DNA from: Candidatus Latescibacterota bacterium
GTDB taxonomy: Bacteria > Latescibacterota > UBA2968 > UBA8231
Direction: 5' to 3'
Length of the DNA stretch: 64,000 bases
Assembly (NCBI GenBank): GCA_965203355.1
Contig: OZ241889.1
Span: forward strand, 1,088,001 to 1,152,000
Shown: positions 58,261 to 64,000 of the stretch, in pieces
Position numbering within the stretch: the first letter of the stretch is position 1
Layout of the letters: the number at the start of each line of letters is the position of its first letter
Notes under the pieces: model-generated
Told to the model about the DNA's origin: nothing
The model's database searches: none
Seen by the model: the letters and a program-made list of their open reading frames with translations, nothing else
Made by a program: the position numbers and the translations under genes

Positions 58261-61200
58261 CTACTTGAGCAGCAGCATCTTCTGGACGGCGAGGAAATCG
58301 CCGCCCGCTTGCAAGCGGTAGAAATACATCCCCGACGACACGCTCTGGCCGCTGTCGTTGGTCGCGTCCCATTCCACCGCGTAGCGACCGGCACTCTGAT
58401 GCTCGGCGACCAGCGTCCGCACTGGCTGACCCAACACGTTATATACGGTCAGTGCCACGTCCGCCGCTTGCGGCAACGCATACTGAATCGTCGTCTGCGG
58501 GTTGAACGGGTTCGGATAGTTGGTCGCCAGCGAGAACACGGCCGGGCGCGTCTGCACCGACACCGGCGCGGGCAAGGCCAGCCGGTTGAAGCCCAATGCC
58601 TGGTCCCAGGTCCGGTTGTCGGTGATTTCGAGGGTCGTGTGCTCGATCTCGGTCGTCGGCCGGAAGACCAAGCGCAACATCAACTCGCCGTCGGCAACGA
58701 CGTCGCCGTGCGTGGCCACCGTCAACACGCCCGCTTCGGCCAGCACCTGCGGCGTAGCGAATGCGCTCCCACCCAGCGGCTGATCGGTCTGCGCCTCAAC
58801 GAAGGTCAACTGATCGGCGTCATAGGCTATCTGCAAGCCGTAGCCCTTGACCGCCACGAAGTCGGCCAGTCGCACATTAACGACGAAATCCTCTCCCACG
58901 CTCGGCAGGGCTGTCGGCGCATCCAGATACAGCCGCGCATCCGCATTCAGCCCGGCCTGCAACGCCACCGGCTTACCAGCTCCGCTGTTGAACCGACCGA
59001 ACAACGAATCGAGGTCGACGAAATCCAGCATCGCGTTGATTGTAATTGTGAACCTCAGCGAGACGCTTTCGGCGCCAGCCGTTGCCGTGTAGGTGACTTC
59101 AACGGCCCCATCGGTCGCCGCGTCCGGTGTGCCCGAAATCGTCCGGGTCGCCGCGTCAAACGACAGCCCCGCTGGCAGACCCGACACGCTATACGTGATG
59201 GAACCTTCGTCGCCCATCGCCATCGGCAGGACCAGCGGCGTAATCGCCGTGCCCTCCGTGTAGGTGTGTGCGGCGACCGAAGTGCCCTCGACGAAAGCCA
59301 AGGAGCTCGTCGTATCCTCATCGCCATCCATATCGCCGTCCATCATGCCGCTATCCATGTCGGTCAGCACGAGTGTCGCCGAACCCGCTGTCAAGCCCGG
59401 CAGCATCGCGTTGAGGATGATCGTCTCGTCGCCCTCGGCCATGCTGTCGGCTGTCGGATCAACCAACAGGCGCGTCGAACCCATAATCGAACCGGCCGCA
59501 ATGGTAATCGTCGGATCGAACAGGGCCGAGTAGTCCGTGTCGCGCAGGGCACTCGAAGCCGCCTCATCAATCGCGACGGTCGCCGTGGCATCTTCGGCCA
59601 ACGGCTTGCCGTCCAGTGCGGCCATGACCATCACTTCCGTCAATTCCGCTGACTCGCTGAGCGCGCTCGGCGTCACCGACAGCACCAAAGACGTGCTCGG
59701 CGTTTCATCGTCGGAAATCCGCAAGTCCACCTGCCCCCAACCGCCCGAAGCCGCCGCCCGAATACCCAAGAACTTATGACCGTCCGCCGAAGCGTTGTCA
59801 ATCGGCGACAGGAAAAGCGTCGTCCAACCCGCCTTTTCCCCGGCCGCAATGGTGATCGTCCCGGCTAACGCCGCCGTGTAATCCACGTCGCGAGTGGCCA
59901 TCGCGCCGCTGGCCGGCGGCACAATCGTGAAGCGGACCGTCTCGGTCGCCGGTGCCGCGCCCGACAAGGTCGCCGTAACCCGGATTTCGGTCGTCTCGCC
60001 ATTTTCGCGCACGGCCGACTGCGAAGCCATCACGCTGGCGACGCCCACGGTGACCGGCGCGGCCTCGCTGATGGTGATGGTGATGGTTTTTGCCCGGGCA
60101 TTGTCGGCGTCATCAAACGCCATATAGACGACCGAGGCCATGCCTGCCAGCGTCGGCGTCCCGGAAAGCGTCCGCGTCGCCGCGTCAAACGACAGCCCCA
60201 TCGGCAGGCTCGACGAGACCCGGTACCGCAGCGTTCCTTGGCCGCCCGTCGCCGCCGGCAACACCTCGCTGAACGCCTGACCTACCGTCGCTTCAAAGGC
60301 TAATGCGGCCGCACCGAAACTCGGCCCTCCCGTGGCCGCGGGCGTATCCGAAGAACCAGAATCATCCATCTTCGCCGCGTCTTTCAGCGTGATCTTCGCA
60401 GTGCTGACCGTGATCTTGTCTTCGTCTTGGTTCTTGAGATTGTCCGTCAACTGCTTGATCGTGATCGTCTCGTCGTTGTCGGCGGTCCCATCGTTGACCG
60501 GCGTGATCGTGATCGTCGTTGAGCCGGTGATCGCGCCGCGTGGAATCGTCAGCGAGCTAAGCGCTGCCGTGTAATCCACGTCCCGCGTCGCCGACTTGTC
60601 CGGCGTCCGATCCACGACCAACGTGATCGTCGCATTCGCGTCGAGCACTTTGCCGTTTAACGTGCCCGTCACCGTGACCGTCGTTGCTCCGGCGTCCTCT
60701 TTGATTTCGCTCGGATTGACCGACAGCGTAATGTCATCGCTCAGCGTCTCATCGTCCGTGATCTCGAACGGCGCATCCTTCATCTGAGATGCGTCATCGC
60801 CGACTTTCGCTTGCACCGTGAACGTCCACGGATTATTCACACCGCTGTTGTCGACCGGCGTGACGCGCAGCATGGCCGTGCCTTTGGTGTCGCCGGCCGG
60901 GATCGTCAAGCCTTCAATCACCTCCACTTCGTAATTCACATCGCGCGTCCCGGAAGAACCCGGTGTAATCTGGAAGTCCACCGCCTTCGCGCCGGTCAAG
61001 GCTTTTTCCAATTCAACTGTCATCGCAACGTCGGTCGCGCCAGCGGCCTCGCGGATCGTCGCCGGACTCAGCGTAAAATTCTTGATCTGCGCGACGGCGA
61101 CGTCCTCGACCGTGATGGTGGCGGGGCTGAACTTAATGGCGGCAGAGACAAAAGAGTCCGCATACTTTAAGGTGGTCAACGCATCACTGAAGTCACCATC

Positions 61201-62565
61201 GCCGTTAAAGTCGATACCAAGAAAGAGGGCCTTTCTATTAGCCCAAGGACGCTGCGTGTCCGTTTTATGGAAAAGGTAAGGACCTATATCCGTTAATACG
61301 CTATCGGCGGGCACCACATAGGTATCCAAAAAATCGTCATCCCCGAAAAAGTCGATCCCCAAGTCTTTTTCTACCAAGACGGTCCCCCCAGGTGCGAAGT
61401 CGGCGTCTCTAAAATGAAAACTGCCGTTAAGGTCAATCCCAACAATTCCATCGTCCTCACTCGGTGGGTTTGTTCCAATAGTCCCATCGCCGTCGAAGTC
61501 CACTCCGAGTGACACTTTATCCGCGTTTGTGCGCCTCTCAGGTAATGCGGCGTCGCCTGGGGCGAAGCTCCCACCATCGGCTTCAAAGGTACCATCAGGA
61601 CCATAGTCGATCCGGACTTGCTTACCCGCGCTATTCATCCGTTTTGATATTATCTTCACCGTCGCCCCCCCACTGGCCCCCAGCACGATCTTGCCCGCCT
61701 TATTACCCGGATCGACGGTGATCGTCGTCGTCGCTTCGATCTGCCCCTTCGGAATGGTCAGCTTCCCCAAGCCCCTAATCGAGAAATCCACATCGCGCGC
61801 CAACGTATCGCTGGTAGCCCCCTTGCCCTCAACAACAACCAGTTGAGTTTCAAAGTCGCGGCTCGTCCACTCGCTGTTAGCCCACGCCGCCGTCACTTTG
61901 ATCGGAGTCGCACCCGCCTGCTTGCTGAGCTTGGAAGGCGAAAAAGACAGGTTGATCTGGGGGACGAACTGATCGTCGTCAAGCAGCTCAATATAGAAGA
62001 CGCCAGTAACATTACCAGTCTCAGTATAGGCCGGGGTGGTTTGGCCTTTGAGGGCAATGTTGCCAGTAGAACCCCCTACATCAATAACGATAGGAATATT
62101 AAGCGTCTTGAGAACCGCCGCTGTATCGACCGTACCCGTTATGGCCACGATAGCAACATCATCAATATCCTTTGAAACGGTGCCGCTACTCGGCGTGCTC
62201 GGTGTGCTCGGCGCGATAGGGCCGCTCCAAGCATTGTCTTTCGGGGTTATGGTGATAGTCCCGGTGGCCTTGCGCTCATCCTTCTTAATCACCAAAGAGG
62301 GGAAGGATATGGTGAATAAATCGTTGAGATAGCGGGCGGTGACACCAACGAGACTCAGCGGAAGATAAAGATCGACCTCCGCCTTCGCGTCCGCGTCGCG
62401 TAATTCGGCTGTTATCGTAATATCTTGCGCTCCCCCATCCTCGCGGACGGAACGCCGGTCCAAGGATATGTCGATGTCCTCGGTCTGAGCCGGGGCTTCC
62501 CCCGCCAACATTAAACTGGCAATAAGCAAACAAGGAAAGGTAAAAAGCCGCGTGTGCTTAATCAT
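58261..62565 (-). CDS. large secreted/surface protein, paralog of 29184-33470 (1434 aa)
   Basis: same architecture; start MIKHTRLFTF at 62565 with AAGGAG RBS, matching copy 1. Confidence 0.88.
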   Translation of the reverse strand: MIKHTRLFTFPCLLIASLMLAGEAPAQTEDIDISLDRRSVREDGGAQDITITAELRDADAKAEVDLYLPLSLVGVTARYLNDLFTISFPSLVIKKDERKATGTITITPKDNAWSGPIAPSTPSTPSSGTVSKDIDDVAIVAITGTVDTAAVLKTLNIPIVIDVGGSTGNIALKGQTTPAYTETGNVTGVFYIELLDDDQFVPQINLSFSPSKLSKQAGATPIKVTAAWANSEWTSRDFETQLVVVEGKGATSDTLARDVDFSIRGLGKLTIPKGQIEATTTITVDPGNKAGKIVLGASGGATVKIISKRMNSAGKQVRIDYGPDGTFEADGGSFAPGDAALPERRTNADKVSLGVDFDGDGTIGTNPPSEDDGIVGIDLNGSFHFRDADFAPGGTVLVEKDLGIDFFGDDDFLDTYVVPADSVLTDIGPYLFHKTDTQRPWANRKALFLGIDFNGDGDFSDALTTLKYADSFVSAAIKFSPATITVEDVAVAQIKNFTLSPATIREAAGATDVAMTVELEKALTGAKAVDFQITPGSSGTRDVNYEVEVIEGLTIPAGDTKGTAMLRVTPVDNSGVNNPWTFTVQAKVGDDASQMKDAPFEITDDETLSDDITLSVNPSEIKEDAGATTVTVTGTLNGKVLDANATITLVVDRTPDKSATRDVDYTAALSSLTIPRGAITGSTTITITPVNDGTADNDETITIKQLTDNLKNQDEDKITVSTAKITLKDAAKMDDSGSSDTPAATGGPSFGAAALAFEATVGQAFSEVLPAATGGQGTLRYRVSSSLPMGLSFDAATRTLSGTPTLAGMASVVYMAFDDADNARAKTITITISEAAPVTVGVASVMASQSAVRENGETTEIRVTATLSGAAPATETVRFTIVPPASGAMATRDVDYTAALAGTITIAAGEKAGWTTLFLSPIDNASADGHKFLGIRAAASGGWGQVDLRISDDETPSTSLVLSVTPSALSESAELTEVMVMAALDGKPLAEDATATVAIDEAASSALRDTDYSALFDPTITIAAGSIMGSTRLLVDPTADSMAEGDETIILNAMLPGLTAGSATLVLTDMDSGMMDGDMDGDEDTTSSLAFVEGTSVAAHTYTEGTAITPLVLPMAMGDEGSITYSVSGLPAGLSFDAATRTISGTPDAATDGAVEVTYTATAGAESVSLRFTITINAMLDFVDLDSLFGRFNSGAGKPVALQAGLNADARLYLDAPTALPSVGEDFVVNVRLADFVAVKGYGLQIAYDADQLTFVEAQTDQPLGGSAFATPQVLAEAGVLTVATHGDVVADGELMLRLVFRPTTEIEHTTLEITDNRTWDQALGFNRLALPAPVSVQTRPAVFSLATNYPNPFNPQTTIQYALPQAADVALTVYNVLGQPVRTLVAEHQSAGRYAVEWDATNDSGQSVSSGMYFYRLQAGGDFLAVQKMLLLK

Positions 62566-63166
62566 GATACTCACTCCTTTAGAAAAGGGAAAAGTGACAG
62601 AAGAAAATGGACTTAGTCTTATCACTAAGCCGTTGCGTTCTTGCGTTTTTGCTACCGTTAAAAAAGACGAATGCCGCGCGGCGAGAGCTAGGGCTACGAC
62701 GTTGCCCGCCGATAATCGCGAAGCTGCCGAGAAGAGGTTGCGTTTGTGATGTGGATGGGTGGCCACTGACCACTGACCACTGACCACTGACCACTGGCCG
62801 GTGGCCGGTGGGGCTTCCCGACGCGGCCGAGCAGAGCAATGCCGCTTCCCGCTTCCGTAGCGGAAGGGGAGTGAGGCGAATAGATTGGCGAGTGAAGCTA
62901 GGGCTTAATGCCCAAGAAAATTCGGGGGGGGGGGGGTAAGTCATTGTTTTTTAACGACTTGCGTAAATTAAGATTCGGCGTTGTCGCAAGCATAGAACAA
63001 GGCACCGCGCCCGGCGATGGTGTTCTTCGTGATATTGACGCTGTGCCCATGTCCTGTTAATCCGACTAAAAGTGCCGCAAACGGCGGAGGTTCTATAACC
63101 CAAACGCGCCGCGCCGCTCTGTGAATTGCAACGCATATTTTATGAATTTCAGTAAAGGCGTGTCAA
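62566..63166 (-). promoter_or_regulatory. promoter and long leader of locus 2 (C13 tract, 5 heptamers, uORF 62944-62579)
   Basis: inverted copy of 28598-29183; TTGACA-N18-TAAAAT. Confidence 0.75.
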
Positions 63167-63305
63167 GCGCGGACTTTTTTCGCAGCATCATAAAAATGTA
63201 TTTTCGCCCCAATTTAGCCGATGAACCGCAACGCAAACACCGTCCGCACCCCCGGTTCCGAGCATGACACTGTCGCCTGACCACTGATCACTGCCCGCTG
63301 TCGCT

Positions 63306-63815
63306 TTACTTTTTTCGCTCCTTGTAGCGGCGGCCTCGGTCTGCTAGGCGGCGCTCGCGCACTAATTCCATTACCGGAACGCCGTAGCCGCAGCTAGTAC
63401 CGGTCAGCTCGACTTCGACTTCGATTACCTGGCGTTTGGTGCGCAGGTGTTGGGCTTCCGTTTGCAGGAGCAAGGCGGCGTGGGGCGATTCTGCGAGCGG
63501 GGTGACTGTGGCTTTGCCGTAGAGGCGGATGATGCCGGCGTCTTTTCCTGCAAAAGAGCAGACCATGACGGTGATTGGACCGCCAGCCGTCGCATGACGC
63601 GCTGTTTCGTTGCCGCTGCCCAAGTAGTCGAGGAAGGCCACGCGGTTGGGATCAAGCACGTGCAGCGGTACGCCGCCCTTGGGCGAGAGGTTCACCGCAC
63701 CAATGCCCGCGGGGCCGGGCGCGAGCGCGGGGTCGGCAGAAGCGACAAAGAACAACGGCGCGTTGTGGATCAGCGCGGCTTGGGCGTCGGTGATGAAGGG
63801 ATAATAGGTGGCCAT
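63306..63815 (-). CDS. pyridoxamine 5'-phosphate oxidase family protein
   Basis: LFFVASA, VNLSPKG, LDYLGSGNET, IRLYG, TSCGYGVP. Confidence 0.88.
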   Translation of the reverse strand: MATYYPFITDAQAALIHNAPLFFVASADPALAPGPAGIGAVNLSPKGGVPLHVLDPNRVAFLDYLGSGNETARHATAGGPITVMVCSFAGKDAGIIRLYGKATVTPLAESPHAALLLQTEAQHLRTKRQVIEVEVELTGTSCGYGVPVMELVRERRLADRGRRYKERKK

Positions 63816-64000
63816 AGGTCTTTTCCTGGTTGGAAGCTAGGGGCGTGTCACGCGCTGGCCGTGTTGAATGACTTGGCCGTGTTCTGTTTGATCGCCCAAC
63901 CGGGGAAGACCAAATGGCGCGTTTAATCCCAAGCGGTACGCGGTTATTTTCGCTAACTATGCCAGTCGGTAATCGGCCTACAACCTGCACGAGAATTTCG

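Noticed and set aside
58249-59652. 467-aa plus-strand ORF and similar long overlapping ORFs (e.g. 7472-8395, 42794-43798)
   Set aside because: Antisense shadows of real genes in GC-rich DNA, with no recognisable motifs.
62566-62787. 74-aa N-terminal extension of the locus 2 protein in the ORF track
   Set aside because: It starts inside the heptamer repeat, the equivalent frame stops in locus 1, and the RBS and signal peptide point to ATG 62565.

Overview
GC-rich bacterial chromosomal window. Its gene content (FlgD/T9SS-like C-terminal sorting domains, futalosine pathway, two PhyH dioxygenases, sulfatase, DUF5916) resembles FCB-group lineages such as Latescibacterota or Gemmatimonadota; the taxonomy is inference only. 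Most of the window is housekeeping and metabolic genes (mutM, clpP, a two-subunit RND system, hisS, mqnB/mqnD, purM, csp, glcB, tRNA-Glu), plus a partly decayed restriction-modification patch, four copies of one MITE and six clusters of a CAGTGGT heptamer repeat. The standout is a pair of ~1430-aa secreted paralogs in inverted orientation (29184-33470 + and 58261-62565 -). They share a promoter, a ~550-nt leader (poly-C tract, heptamer array, 121-codon uORF) and a near-identical ~950-aa C-terminal stalk. They differ in a ~190-aa domain built of conserved framework anchors alternating with unrelated, length-variable loops. Both are followed by tandem ~150-bp copies of their own last ~19 codons plus terminator, and copy 1 is bracketed by a 40-bp direct repeat. 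This looks like a diversified, antibody-like surface-protein cassette system, but no recombinase or reverse transcriptase is visible in the window. All calls come from reading motifs by eye; no database searches were run.
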